From an uncultured Candidatus Saccharibacteria bacterium (lineage in GTDB: Bacteria > Patescibacteriota > Saccharimonadia > CAILAD01 > BJGX01), in NCBI GenBank assembly GCA_964610335.1, contig CAZSVP010000003.1:77531-141530 (forward strand): a stretch of 64,000 nucleotides of DNA, in the 5' to 3' direction. The notes under the pieces were generated by a model that saw only the letters and a program-made list of their open reading frames with translations, had not been told where the DNA came from and did no database searches. Position 1 is the stretch's first letter. Each line of letters begins with the position of its first letter. The position numbers and the translations under genes are program-made. This document shows positions 39,068-49,609 of this stretch, piece after piece.

Positions 39068-39298
39068 GCCGACCATGAAGGGGAACCTCCATGGTCGGCC
39101 GCGAGGCCCTGGGCTGAGTTTCTCGATTTGCGTCGAGAGACCACCCAGGTGCCCTCGCACCTCAACCTACATATTAGGCTTATGCTTTATAAGAGACCGT
39201 AACAAGTGTAATCTTAATATGTGGGCTGAATCTTGGAGAGAAAACCAAGCTTAAGCACACAACCGCACCCATACATCAACCATAGAGGAGGTGGTCCT

Positions 39299-40726
39299 AT
39301 GACACGTAGTCACAGGATCTTCGCCGCCTGTGCGATTGTCTTCACCATGCTCATTGCATTGGTGGGGGCGGTTGCCATCGGCACATCGAGTGGTCAGACC
39401 GCCTCAAGCGGCAGCACGACCACGACATCACTCGAGCCAGTCCCTGGCTCGGTCACCACCACGCCAGCGCCAACCGACAACGTGCCGGCGGCCACGCCCG
39501 AGGAGCGCAAACCCACGGTCACGGCTGAGCAGTGTCACGATCGGATCGGTGCCTCGGAAGAGAAGGACCGCGAGCTCCAGGAGCAAGGCATCACCGCCGA
39601 ACAGTGTGGTCTGCTGCTGGTGGAGCTCTGTCAGAAGGTCGACTTCGATGGCGTTCGCGCCCTCGGAGAGTCCGACCCATCAGGCAAGTGCGCCGCCGTG
39701 ATGGCCGGTGTGAGTACGACGCAGAACACCGCGCCGACCAGCACCGCGCCTGGAGCAACAGCTCCATCTGGCACAACGCCGGGCTCAACGGCACCGCCAA
39801 CCACGGCTACCCCAACGCCTCGTCAACCCGATGTGGTGGATCTCATGATCTATCTGCAGAAGGTCAGCATGGCCGAAGGGCACGTCCAAGGAGTCGGTGT
39901 CACCTGTGAGGCCAATTGCGTTCTGCGCGACGGTATCACGGCTGATACCCCCGAGGGCATGTTCGCCCAGCTCATGAGCAAGGGTCTCGTCTCGCCAGTC
40001 TTTCTCGATGATGCAGCCCGCACCATCGCGTTCCAGACCGGGCAGGAGTACACCGACACTCGAGAGGTGGGCGACGCCGCCAAGGCCGGCAGTGACACAC
40101 TGATCGTGCTGAACTGGATCAAGGACCCGAGCACCCCAACCATGTTGGAGCGCGGGATCTTGCCAGCCGGCACGACGCTGTACAACACCGTCGTACAAGA
40201 CGGCAAGGTGGTGCAGTTCAGCTACACCACCAACCGGGATCGGGTCTACCTCAAGATCTGGAAGGGCGACACCTTCCTGATGTGGTTCGACAGCTGCGGG
40301 AACAGGACGAGCGATCGTCCGACGCCTGGAGTGCCCGAGACCCCAACGCCGCCACCGCACGACGACGAGCCACCGACCACGACGACACCACCACCGACCG
40401 GTGGGCCGACCCCGACCACGACACCACCAGCGTGTCCGCCAGGCACGATCTGGAACCCGGTCACGAAGAAGTGTGGGAAGTTGGATACCCATCCAGTGGG
40501 ACCCAACAGCCCTGTTCCTACCCAGGTGCAGGGCCCAGGGCCAACCCATCCGGCAGGGCCACCCAACACGGCGATCGAGCATCCGAACCCCACGACTGGT
40601 TGCAATCCAACCTGTCCGGGGGCAACGACGCCCACCACAAGGGCGGTGACACCCACGGTGCCGCCGATCGTCACCAGCACCACGTACCAGCCGCCTCCGA
40701 CGCCCACCACCATGGGCGGGCCGTAG
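39299..40726 (+). CDS. Secreted/anchored Thr/Pro-rich protein with paired cysteines
   Basis: SD gaggagg before MTRSHRIF; N-terminal hydrophobic helix; T/P-rich linkers separating Cys-containing globular segments. Confidence 0.85.
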   Translation: MTRSHRIFAACAIVFTMLIALVGAVAIGTSSGQTASSGSTTTTSLEPVPGSVTTTPAPTDNVPAATPEERKPTVTAEQCHDRIGASEEKDRELQEQGITAEQCGLLLVELCQKVDFDGVRALGESDPSGKCAAVMAGVSTTQNTAPTSTAPGATAPSGTTPGSTAPPTTATPTPRQPDVVDLMIYLQKVSMAEGHVQGVGVTCEANCVLRDGITADTPEGMFAQLMSKGLVSPVFLDDAARTIAFQTGQEYTDTREVGDAAKAGSDTLIVLNWIKDPSTPTMLERGILPAGTTLYNTVVQDGKVVQFSYTTNRDRVYLKIWKGDTFLMWFDSCGNRTSDRPTPGVPETPTPPPHDDEPPTTTTPPPTGGPTPTTTPPACPPGTIWNPVTKKCGKLDTHPVGPNSPVPTQVQGPGPTHPAGPPNTAIEHPNPTTGCNPTCPGATTPTTRAVTPTVPPIVTSTTYQPPPTPTTMGGP

Positions 40727-41055
40727 TCGGCACTGACAACTCTGGCCTCGAGTGAGGACCGTCGCCAGAGTGAGAAGTCCCAGTCCTCCATGATGTATGG
40801 GTGCAATTGCTGCCCTGGGGAGCCAAAACTCCCCAGGGCTAGCACCCACACCCTAAGCTGAAGACAGTGCAGCTACTAGCTACCTTGTCTTCAGGATAGG
40901 TATCCTGAAAAGAAAACCATAACAAATATTGACACCAATACTAAATTATGATATTATAACCGCTAATTGAGAGGCGGAGCTCATTTACAGCCAAATACGA
41001 TGCATTTACTAATTGAGACTTGTCAAACATTAAACCTGACAAGGAAGGAAACTAT

Positions 41056-42351
41056 ATGAAAAAGAAATCAACTTTTCGTAAAGTTCTCGGCATTGTATTG
41101 GCAACAGTAGCTTTAGTGGTAATGCCACTGGCTGCAGCTGCTGATTGGAGCCCTGAACGACCGATCAAAGAATATTATCCAGGAGTACCTGGTTTTGATC
41201 ATGTGACATTTAACTCGTTTGTTAAAACCGCCAATTATGGCGACGAACGACTTTTCTATACTGCCAAGGATGCGGCTAATACCAATTCTGGCGGTTTCGA
41301 TGACAGCATGCAGGTGCATGCTGGTCAAGAGATACTTATGCGCACCTATATACATAACGGTGCCGACTCAAGTCTCAATGCAGGTGGCACGGGCATAGCT
41401 CGTAACACCAAGGTAAAGGTAATGCTGCCAAGTGGCTATGACAAAGCCTTGCGCTCTGTTAGCTACATAAGTGCTAGCAATGCACAGCCAGGTACTGTAG
41501 CGGCTTCTGTTGATCTAAAGGGTGACAACCCATTTGGTCTGCAGTATGTTGCAGGATCTGCTATGGCTTATAGTAACCAAGCTCCCAATGGCTTCAAACT
41601 CAACGATAGTATCGTGGGTGATGGCGCCTTGGTCGGTAATGTTGCTCCAGATGGTAATGTACCAGGCTGCTTCGAGTATGGTGTGGTTGTAACCATGAAA
41701 GTGAAAGTTACAGCTGCCAACTTGAGCATTCAAAAGCAAGTTGGTATCCCAGGCTCTGGTCAATGGAAAGAACAAGTACAAGTCGGCAAAGGTGATACTG
41801 TAAGCTGGGGAATCCACTACGAAAACACCGGTGACCGCGTCATGCACAAAGAAGTAGTAACTGACAAACTACCCCCTTACCACGAAGTGGTACCAGGTAG
41901 TGTCAAGCTCTACGTGCCCAATGCTCCAGAAGGCGCTCAACTCAATGACACTTCGTTGTTTAACGAAGGTGTAATGGTTGGTGACTACGCTCCAGGAGCT
42001 GGTGGTAACATACGTTACCAAACTCGGGTCAAACAAGATGTACCTGCAAACTTGCTAATGCGTAATGTGGCTTGTATCGGATCAGATGAGACTCAGACTG
42101 ACATCTGTGATGATGCTACTACTATTACCCCTCCAACACCTCCACCTACACCGGAGTGTTTGCCAGGCATACCAGTAGGTGATAGCCGCTGTAACCCTGT
42201 AACGCCTCCCCCTACAGGTGGTCCGTTGCCAGCAACTGGTGTGGAAAGTGGCTTGGCTGCAAGTCTAGGCATGACTGCCCTTACAACCGGTGGTTATATG
42301 CTACGACGTAGCCGTAAGGACCTCAAAAAGGCCCTCACCAAAGTAAAATAA
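41056..42351 (+). CDS. Cell-surface protein with DUF11/Ig-like domains and LPXTG sorting signal
   Basis: Signal peptide; KGDTVSWGIHYENTG...VVTDKLP...VPGS repeat signature; LPATG + hydrophobic + basic tail; promoter TTGACA-17-TATTAT near 40929. Confidence 0.85.
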   Translation: MKKKSTFRKVLGIVLATVALVVMPLAAAADWSPERPIKEYYPGVPGFDHVTFNSFVKTANYGDERLFYTAKDAANTNSGGFDDSMQVHAGQEILMRTYIHNGADSSLNAGGTGIARNTKVKVMLPSGYDKALRSVSYISASNAQPGTVAASVDLKGDNPFGLQYVAGSAMAYSNQAPNGFKLNDSIVGDGALVGNVAPDGNVPGCFEYGVVVTMKVKVTAANLSIQKQVGIPGSGQWKEQVQVGKGDTVSWGIHYENTGDRVMHKEVVTDKLPPYHEVVPGSVKLYVPNAPEGAQLNDTSLFNEGVMVGDYAPGAGGNIRYQTRVKQDVPANLLMRNVACIGSDETQTDICDDATTITPPTPPPTPECLPGIPVGDSRCNPVTPPPTGGPLPATGVESGLAASLGMTALTTGGYMLRRSRKDLKKALTKVK

Positions 42352-42371
42352 ACAGACCAGACTAATTCAAG

Positions 42372-42407
42372 AAGACCCAAATCTCACCTCGAGAGGCGGG
42401 TCTTTTT
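42372..42407 (+). terminator. Intrinsic terminator
   Basis: aagaccc...gggtctttttg. Confidence 0.6.
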
Positions 42408-42429
42408 GATTTATTGGTATAATAAAGTC

Positions 42430-43533
42430 ATGAAAGATATTGTGAAACAACTGACTGGGTTATTAAACCAGGTTGATAATGCCATAGATGCACTTAGTCT
42501 CGAAGCTGATGAGGCAAAGTTGGCTGGTATGGAAGAACAAATGATAGCAAGTGATTTCTGGCAAGACACCATGCAAGCCGAGCAGGTTAGCCGCGAGGCC
42601 GCTGAGCTTAAACGCTACATTGGGTCCTGGCGCGATTTACGCGAGGAGCTTGCTACGACCCTCGAATTGGCCGAATTGTCGAGTGATTCACAGTCAAGTG
42701 AGTTCAGTGATTTACTAGCTGATTATAATAGGCGCGTTGGGGAGCAAATGCTGGCACTCAAGCTTGGTGGAGAACACGACAAAGCAGCTGCAATTATCCA
42801 ACTAAGTGCTGGGGTTGGTGGTACAGATGCTGCTGATTGGGCTCAGATGCTCGAAACAATGTACATCAAGTATGCCAACACACACGGATTTAGCGTGGAA
42901 GTACTGGAAGAATCGCCCAGTGAAGAGGCTGGCATCAAGAGTGCAACCTTGCGAGTAAGTGGCCCATTTGCTTTTGGCAAACTAAAGGGTGAGTCAGGAG
43001 TACATCGGCTGGTGCGTTTGAGCCCATTCAATTCCGACAATCTTCGTCAAACTAGTTTTGCCTTGGTAGAGGTGTTGCCAGAAATAGTGGCAACCGAGTC
43101 GGTTTTGGATCCCAAAGATCTGCGAGTCGATGTCTACCGCAGTTCTGGCCACGGTGGCCAAAGTGTGAATACTACTGATAGTGCAGTTCGGTTGACACAT
43201 ATTCCAACTGGTATGACTGTGGCAGTCCAAAACGAGCGTTCTCAGCTCAAGAACAAACAAATGGCCATGTCGATATTGGCAGCTAAACTCAATAAACTTG
43301 CAGAAGAACAACACTTGGCAAATGTATCAGACCTCAAAACTAGCAGTAAGTCAGCCGATTGGGGAGCGCAGATACGCAACTATGTGTTGCACCCATATCA
43401 AAAAGTCAAAGATGTACGCACTGGCTACGAAACTAGTGATACCACAGGGGTCTTGGCTGGTGAACTAGAACCATTTATAGAGGCTTACCTTAATAAACAA
43501 GTAGGAAATCCCGAAAGCAAAAGGCAAAAATAA
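42430..43533 (+). CDS. prfB: Peptide chain release factor 2 (no programmed frameshift)
   Basis: SPF motif (RLSPFN), GGQ, WGAQIRNYVLHPY; continuous ORF from ATG 42430. Confidence 0.97.
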   Translation: MKDIVKQLTGLLNQVDNAIDALSLEADEAKLAGMEEQMIASDFWQDTMQAEQVSREAAELKRYIGSWRDLREELATTLELAELSSDSQSSEFSDLLADYNRRVGEQMLALKLGGEHDKAAAIIQLSAGVGGTDAADWAQMLETMYIKYANTHGFSVEVLEESPSEEAGIKSATLRVSGPFAFGKLKGESGVHRLVRLSPFNSDNLRQTSFALVEVLPEIVATESVLDPKDLRVDVYRSSGHGGQSVNTTDSAVRLTHIPTGMTVAVQNERSQLKNKQMAMSILAAKLNKLAEEQHLANVSDLKTSSKSADWGAQIRNYVLHPYQKVKDVRTGYETSDTTGVLAGELEPFIEAYLNKQVGNPESKRQK

Positions 43534-43554
43534 TATCTCAGTCTTGTTATTCGA

Positions 43555-44469
43555 CTATAGTTTGAGGTGACGTGAGATTGCGAGCCAACTCGATATTGCA
43601 CCGATAGCGATACCGCCAGCATAAATACAGGCTATTACTAGTAGTATGTGACCATTGAAGTAGTTGAGCGTGGCAGCCGCATTGAGACGCTCAATCAAAA
43701 ACGAGCTAACAGCGCGTTCAAGAGGGATCAAGGCAATAATTGCAATGGTGGCGCCAAATGCACCATAGAGAGAACCTTCTACTATGAATGGACCACGAAT
43801 AAACCATTTGGTGGCACCTACCAGCTTCATGATGTCGATTTCTTCACGACGCGTAAATATTGCCATACGGATGGTATTGAAGATTATTAGAAGTGCAATT
43901 ATCAAAAAGACCACACTTAGTATCAAGCCGATGCGAGCAACACTGTTGCTGATACGAATAATGTTTTCGACTACACCCTGACGGTTTTCATCACGATTAT
44001 CAAAGCTTGTTTCGGATATGATTACAGCACCCGAGACACCTTTTATACTACTATTGGTTTCGCTAATCTTATCAAGATTCTTTAGCTTAACTTCAAAGCT
44101 AGCTGGTAGCGGGTTGCCAATCTCTTGGGCGGATTGGGCAAGTTTCTTACCCTCGCTGCTGGATTGTTCTAGCCGCTTGAGCGCATCGGCCTTGGAAATA
44201 TATTCCACGCTAGCAACATTGTCTAGACTCGTAATATTAGCCTGCAAGGCTTTGATCTCTTCACCCTTGGCTTCATCACTCAAGAAAATACTTAAGTCAA
44301 TCTTGTCTTTAACATCGGCCAGCTGAGCCCGTACAAACATAGTCGAAAAAGCAAAAAAAGTCATTACTAGTAAAGTAACCACCATAATGGCTGTAGCTGC
44401 AGTACTTAGCCAGGCATTGCGAAAAGTATTACGAAAACCACTCTTAAATATGCGCCAGAAGGTGATCAC
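43555..44469 (-). CDS. ftsX: Cell division permease FtsX
   Basis: RNAWLS, NPLPASFEV, NTIRMAIFTRREEI.IMKLVGAT.WFIRGPF. Confidence 0.95.
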   Translation of the reverse strand: MITFWRIFKSGFRNTFRNAWLSTAATAIMVVTLLVMTFFAFSTMFVRAQLADVKDKIDLSIFLSDEAKGEEIKALQANITSLDNVASVEYISKADALKRLEQSSSEGKKLAQSAQEIGNPLPASFEVKLKNLDKISETNSSIKGVSGAVIISETSFDNRDENRQGVVENIIRISNSVARIGLILSVVFLIIALLIIFNTIRMAIFTRREEIDIMKLVGATKWFIRGPFIVEGSLYGAFGATIAIIALIPLERAVSSFLIERLNAAATLNYFNGHILLVIACIYAGGIAIGAISSWLAISRHLKL

Positions 44470-44563
44470 TGCAAACCTCCGGTTTGCAAGGCTGAAGCAA
44501 AAAGACCCAAGGCTAAAGTGTTTAACCCTGCCTTCTGCCTTCTTCCCTTAAACCTTACTTCCT

Positions 44564-45244
44564 TCATAGTGAGTACTTTCCGATCTTTTCATCTTTGACT
44601 ATTCGACCGCGGTTGAGTGTGATCACACGTTTTTTAAGGGCATCGACAATGTCCTTATTGTGGGTAGTGAGCACTACTGTAGTACCAAAACGATTGATCT
44701 TGAGCAGTAGCTCAATAATATCCCAAGAGTTTTTGGGGTCTAGGTTGCCAGTCGGCTCGTCAGCGATCAGTATTTTTGGGTTACGGATCAAAGCTCTAGC
44801 GATCGCCGTACGTTGTTTTTCGCCACCAGATATTTCGCCTGGGTAGTGATGAGATTTTTCACTTAAGCCAACTAGTTGTAGTATCTTGGGAACCGCGCGT
44901 TTAATCTCACGTGTGCGAACGCCGGATACCTCAAGTGCAAAAGCGACATTTTCATAGACAGTGAGATTGGGTAGTAGTTTGAAATCCTGGAATACCACAC
45001 CGATTCTTCGGCGCAAGTAAGGAATGTTAGCCTTGTCGATGGTGTCGTAGTCAACTGATCCGACAATAATCTTTCCAGAAGTTGGCATTTCTTCTTTTAT
45101 CAAGAGACGGATCAAGGTACTTTTGCCAGCTCCGGAGCTACCAACCACAGTTACGAACTCCTTTGGGTTGATATGCAAAGACACGCCACTTAAGGCGACG
45201 GTTTTGTTTGGGTAAATTACCGACACTCGATCTAGTAAAATCAT
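44564..45244 (-). CDS. ftsE: Cell division ATP-binding protein FtsE
   Basis: GSSGAGKST, RRRIGVVFQDFKLL, ADEPTGNLDP; upstream of ftsX. Confidence 0.96.
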   Translation of the reverse strand: MILLDRVSVIYPNKTVALSGVSLHINPKEFVTVVGSSGAGKSTLIRLLIKEEMPTSGKIIVGSVDYDTIDKANIPYLRRRIGVVFQDFKLLPNLTVYENVAFALEVSGVRTREIKRAVPKILQLVGLSEKSHHYPGEISGGEKQRTAIARALIRNPKILIADEPTGNLDPKNSWDIIELLLKINRFGTTVVLTTHNKDIVDALKKRVITLNRGRIVKDEKIGKYSL

Positions 45245-45381
45245 ATTTTGTACAAGTATTGTAACATACTGCCATGCTGAACAAGCATAACAAATATCAC
45301 CTAAATGTCTTCCATCGGCATTATCTTGTTGTTATAATGATAATTATCATCTGAAGTATAAAAGGAGGGTGATAACACATC

Positions 45382-46464
45382 GTGAATCAATTAAAATCAA
45401 AAGTCCTCATATCCGCTTTGATATTAGCGGTATTTTTGGCTTTCTTACCTCAAGTAACACAAGCCGATCAATATGATGACCAGATAAACGCACTCAAGAA
45501 AAAAGTACAAGAGACCCAGGCTGCAGCAGACGCTAAAAATGCCGAAGCCGATACTCTTAAGGGTAAGATTTCTGGTATTGATAGCCAGATAGCAGCCGCT
45601 CAACAGGCATTAAATCTTACTAATGCTCAGGTGGCACAGACTCAAACTCAGATAACCAAAGCCAATCAAGATCTCGAGCGACAGCAAACTATACTCAAGG
45701 ACAATCTCAAGATGATTTATCGTGAGGGCAAGGTTAGCCCGCTAGAGGTGATTGCTAGTTCCAAGAATCTTAGTGACTTTGTTGCTAAACAGCAATATCT
45801 AGGTGCAATAAAGAAGAAAGTTGATGATAACTTACGCAAGATTGAGCAACTCAAAAAAGAGTTAGCGACCAAGAAGGATCAGCTTGCAGCTCAGTCAAAT
45901 CAGCAAAAAGAAATAGTAAATCAGATTGCCACTCAACGCGCCGAACAAGCTAGCTTGCTCGCGCGTACCCAGGGCGAAGAGTCCAACTACCGCAAAATTG
46001 CTGCTGAAGACAATAGTCGAATTGGCGAACTTCGTCGTGCTCAAGCTGCTGCCATTGCAGCTGTGTCGAGCAATGTTCACTACGGTGGCACTGGTGGTTA
46101 TCCGTGGGCAAATGCTCCGTTTCCCAATAGTATTCCTGACTCATGGGGCATGTATCAACGCCAATGTGTGAGTTATGCTGCATGGAAGGTAGCTACTGTT
46201 CATGGCAATATGCCTTACTGGGGTGGTCGAGGTAATGCCAACCAGTGGCCAAGCAATGCTCGTGCTGCGGGCATTCCAGTCGATGGCAATCCTAGGGTCG
46301 GTGATATCGCTATATTGATGGCTGGTCCGTATGGTCACGCTGCTTATGTCGAGGCAGTCTTAGGGGGTGGTAAAGTGAAAGTTAGTCAGTACAATGCCAA
46401 CTGGGATGGAGCTTACTCAGTTGCTGACATCGGTACTGCTGGTGTACAATTTATTCACTTTTAG
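45382..46464 (+). CDS. Coiled-coil + CHAP peptidoglycan hydrolase (PcsB/CwlO-like)
   Basis: Signal peptide, long coiled coil, RQCVSYAAWK, GNANQW, YGHAAYVE. Confidence 0.92.
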   Translation: MNQLKSKVLISALILAVFLAFLPQVTQADQYDDQINALKKKVQETQAAADAKNAEADTLKGKISGIDSQIAAAQQALNLTNAQVAQTQTQITKANQDLERQQTILKDNLKMIYREGKVSPLEVIASSKNLSDFVAKQQYLGAIKKKVDDNLRKIEQLKKELATKKDQLAAQSNQQKEIVNQIATQRAEQASLLARTQGEESNYRKIAAEDNSRIGELRRAQAAAIAAVSSNVHYGGTGGYPWANAPFPNSIPDSWGMYQRQCVSYAAWKVATVHGNMPYWGGRGNANQWPSNARAAGIPVDGNPRVGDIAILMAGPYGHAAYVEAVLGGGKVKVSQYNANWDGAYSVADIGTAGVQFIHF

Positions 46465-46486
46465 AAATTTGTAACCACATACCAAT

Positions 46487-47749
46487 TTGGAACCACCAAA
46501 CAGAAACACCATAAATCAGGCTGCCCAAACTCAGCCGTCAAAACCTCCTAGTCAGAAAGCAAAGGGTGGTTTTTGGCGTTTTGCACTTGTAGGTGGGCTG
46601 TTTTTTGTTCTAGGTGTAGCGGTGAGTTACCTTGGTGTCCGTGCCGGTGTGCTTTCTCCGGCCGCAAGTAATAAGATCAATCTAGACTCATTTTGGCAAG
46701 CCAACAGTATTCTGCAACAAAAATTTGATGGTGACATAGATCCAACCAAACAGTCAGAAGGTGCTACGGCTGGTATGGTGGCTAGTTTAGGCGACCCTTA
46801 CACAGTATTTTTGGACAAGAAAGCCAATCAAGAGCTTGCCAACGATCTCAAGGGTGAACTGAGCGGCGTGGGGATTGAGATAGGCATTAAAAACAACAAG
46901 CTGGTAGTAATAGCTCCAATCGATGGTGGCCCTGCTCAGAAAGCCGGTATCAAGGCTGGTGACTACATAGTGGGTATCGATGGCAAAGATGCGGGTGGCT
47001 TCACATTAGATGAAGCTGTTAAAACAATCCGTGGTGAAGCTGGTACGCAAGTAAAACTGACTGTGATACGCGGCACAAATAGCCCAAAAGAGATTACGAT
47101 CACTAGAGAGAAGATTCAGATCCCATCTGTCACAAGTGAGATTAAAGATGGCAATATTGGCTATATTAAAATACGACGATTTGGTGATGATACTGTGGCT
47201 GCAGTTAGTCAGGCAGTCAGCAGCCTAAAATCCCAAGGTGTCAAGGCAGTAGTAATAGACGTACGTGATAATCCTGGCGGATATTTAGATGGTGCTATTA
47301 AGATTAGTTCACAATTCATGAGTCAGGGTGTAGTCGTGCAAGAAAAGTCACGCCACACGGCCGACAAGAGTTTTTCAGCTATAAGTGGAGGCATGATGAC
47401 CGACATCCCAGTAATAATGCTCATCAATGGTGGTAGTGCCAGTGCTTCCGAGATTATGGCTGGTGCGCTGCACGACAACAATCGAGCAACCCTAGTAGGA
47501 GAAAAGACCTTCGGCAAGGGCAGCGTACAGGAAGTAGTTTGCCTCAATGGGATAGGCTTGAGCCTTGGTAACGATGAATGCAAAGGTGATGCGCTCAAGG
47601 TCACCGTAGCTCACTGGTACACTCCAAATGGTATCAACATATCCAAAGAAGGCATCAAGCCAGATGTCGAGGTTAAGCCTGCTGCTGAAAACGATACTAG
47701 TGACCCACAACTCCAAAAAGCACTAGAGGTCGCCAAATCTAAATTGTAG
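46487..47749 (+). CDS. S41 carboxyl-terminal processing protease (CtpA/Prc-like)
   Basis: SLGDPYT, PDZ, DVRDNPGG, SASASEI, TFGKGSVQ; start uncertain. Confidence 0.93.
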   Translation: MEPPNRNTINQAAQTQPSKPPSQKAKGGFWRFALVGGLFFVLGVAVSYLGVRAGVLSPAASNKINLDSFWQANSILQQKFDGDIDPTKQSEGATAGMVASLGDPYTVFLDKKANQELANDLKGELSGVGIEIGIKNNKLVVIAPIDGGPAQKAGIKAGDYIVGIDGKDAGGFTLDEAVKTIRGEAGTQVKLTVIRGTNSPKEITITREKIQIPSVTSEIKDGNIGYIKIRRFGDDTVAAVSQAVSSLKSQGVKAVVIDVRDNPGGYLDGAIKISSQFMSQGVVVQEKSRHTADKSFSAISGGMMTDIPVIMLINGGSASASEIMAGALHDNNRATLVGEKTFGKGSVQEVVCLNGIGLSLGNDECKGDALKVTVAHWYTPNGINISKEGIKPDVEVKPAAENDTSDPQLQKALEVAKSKL

Positions 47750-47910
47750 ATTGTAATAGTTCAGGGTCTAATAAACAATTATAGTAGCGGACTAGTTCAA
47801 AGTAGCTTGTACATAAGTATTTCGATCAAAAAAAATGATAAACCCCTTGTGGCTATAACACGCTAAGCGCTATAGTAAATAGCATAAGTTGTTAAGTGGA
47901 GGGATGGGGG

Positions 47911-49554
47911 ATGAAAACACAAACCAAGTATATTTTTATTACAGGCGGCGTTCTAAGTGGCGTCGGTAAAGGGATCACTACAGCATCCTTGGGCAAAATA
48001 CTAGAAGCTCGAGGATTCTCTGTAAATATTCAAAAACTCGACCAATATCTCAACACCGATGCTGGCACACTCAATCCAGCAGAGCACGGTGAGGTATTTG
48101 TGACTGCCGATGGTGGAGAAACCGATTTAGACCTTGGCCATTACGAGCGCTTCATTGATCGTGAGTTGACGCGTGGTAGCTCGGTGATGAGTGGTCAGAT
48201 TTATGCTAAGGTAATAGCCGATGAACGCGATGGAGTGTATTTGGGCAAGACAGTGCAGATTATCCCTCACGTTACTGGCGAGATCCAGCGTCGCATAACT
48301 GAGGCTAGTCGTGGCTTTGATATCCAGATTACTGAGATTGGCGGTACAGTAGGTGATATGGAGGGCAATGCATTGATTGAAGCGATTCGCCAACTCCGAC
48401 AAAAACTTGGCCCAGTTCGTGTTATGTTTGGGCATGTGGTATATGTGCCTTTCCTAGGGCCAAGTCGAGAGTTCAAATCGAAACCAGCCCAAAACAGTGT
48501 ACGCGATTTGCGCGAGGCCGGTATTACTCCTGATATGCTTTTTGTGCGGTCTGAAGATAAGATCCATGGTGATATTTTTGAAAAACTTAGTTTGTTTTGC
48601 GATGTCGACGAGCATGCCATAGTGCCGCTGCCCAATGTCGAGACTGTTTATGAGGTTCCACTGGTGATGGAGAAGTCCGGTATAGTGGATGTGATCTGCA
48701 AAAGATTTGGATATGAAAACTGTAGTGCTGATCTTAGCCAGTGGGAAGACTTTGTTGCTCATGTGAAGGCGGCTAAGGCAACAGTTCGGATTGGTGTGGT
48801 TGCCAAATATCTGAGTAATGTCGATACATACCTAAGCGTGTTTGAAGCCATCAAGGCTGCGGCCTGGCAACACGATCTGGATGCCGACATTGTATGGATA
48901 GATGCAGAAAAGGTGGAGCACAATACTGACCTGCTGGAGGGCTTTGACGGGATTGTGGTGCCGGGAGGGTTTGGAGCGCGCGGCATTGAAGGCAAGATCA
49001 AAGCGGCTCAGTTTGCCCGGACGCACAAAGTGCCATATCTTGGACTATGCCTCGGTATGCAAGTCGCTGTGATCGAGTATGCGCGCCATGTGGCTGAGCT
49101 TAAAAACGCTAATTCAACAGAATTTGATAAGGAAACAATTCACCCGGTAATTGATATTTTGCCTAACCAAGATGGTATGAAGATGGGGGGTACCATGAGG
49201 TTGGGTAATTATCAAGCCAAGATTATAGGTGGTACCAAGACAGCCAAATTGTATAATTCTACCGAAATTGTTGAGCGCCATCGACACCGCTATGAATTCA
49301 ATGATACCTATCGCAAACAACTCGAAGACGCTGGTTTAGTTATTGCTGCCACAAACCCAGAGACTGGGCTGGTGGAGGTGATCGAAATCAGCGAACATCC
49401 ATTTTTTGTAGCTAGTCAGTATCATCCTGAGTTTCAGTCACGACCGGATCGTGCACACCCCTTGTTCGCTGGGTTTGTGGGAGCTTGTAAATCAGTAGAC
49501 AAATCTAAGTCGATTAAGTCCGCCAAAAAACTATCGGTTGAACAGCCAAGCTAA
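47911..49554 (+). CDS. pyrG: CTP synthase
   Basis: KYIFITGGVLSGVGKG, ETDLDLGHYERF, GLCLGMQ, ERHRHRYE, QYHPEF. Confidence 0.98.
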   Translation: MKTQTKYIFITGGVLSGVGKGITTASLGKILEARGFSVNIQKLDQYLNTDAGTLNPAEHGEVFVTADGGETDLDLGHYERFIDRELTRGSSVMSGQIYAKVIADERDGVYLGKTVQIIPHVTGEIQRRITEASRGFDIQITEIGGTVGDMEGNALIEAIRQLRQKLGPVRVMFGHVVYVPFLGPSREFKSKPAQNSVRDLREAGITPDMLFVRSEDKIHGDIFEKLSLFCDVDEHAIVPLPNVETVYEVPLVMEKSGIVDVICKRFGYENCSADLSQWEDFVAHVKAAKATVRIGVVAKYLSNVDTYLSVFEAIKAAAWQHDLDADIVWIDAEKVEHNTDLLEGFDGIVVPGGFGARGIEGKIKAAQFARTHKVPYLGLCLGMQVAVIEYARHVAELKNANSTEFDKETIHPVIDILPNQDGMKMGGTMRLGNYQAKIIGGTKTAKLYNSTEIVERHRHRYEFNDTYRKQLEDAGLVIAATNPETGLVEVIEISEHPFFVASQYHPEFQSRPDRAHPLFAGFVGACKSVDKSKSIKSAKKLSVEQPS

Positions 49555-49565
49555 GTTTTCCTTTA

Positions 49566-49600
49566 ATCAAAAAACGTGCACTAACTGCACGTTTTTTGAT
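49566..49600. terminator. Bidirectional intrinsic terminator between pyrG and rpmA
   Basis: Perfect 15-bp inverted repeat atcaaaaaacgtgca/tgcacgttttttgat. Confidence 0.85.
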
Positions 49601-49609
49601 AATTGGAAT

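Noticed and set aside
36429-40851. Many overlapping alternative-frame and antisense ORFs in the GC-rich island
   Set aside because: Expected shadow ORFs of high-GC DNA; only one frame per gene has an SD and GC3 bias
42480-42510. Programmed +1 frameshift in prfB
   Set aside because: Sequence reads CTT AGT CTC with no CTT TGA; the ORF is continuous
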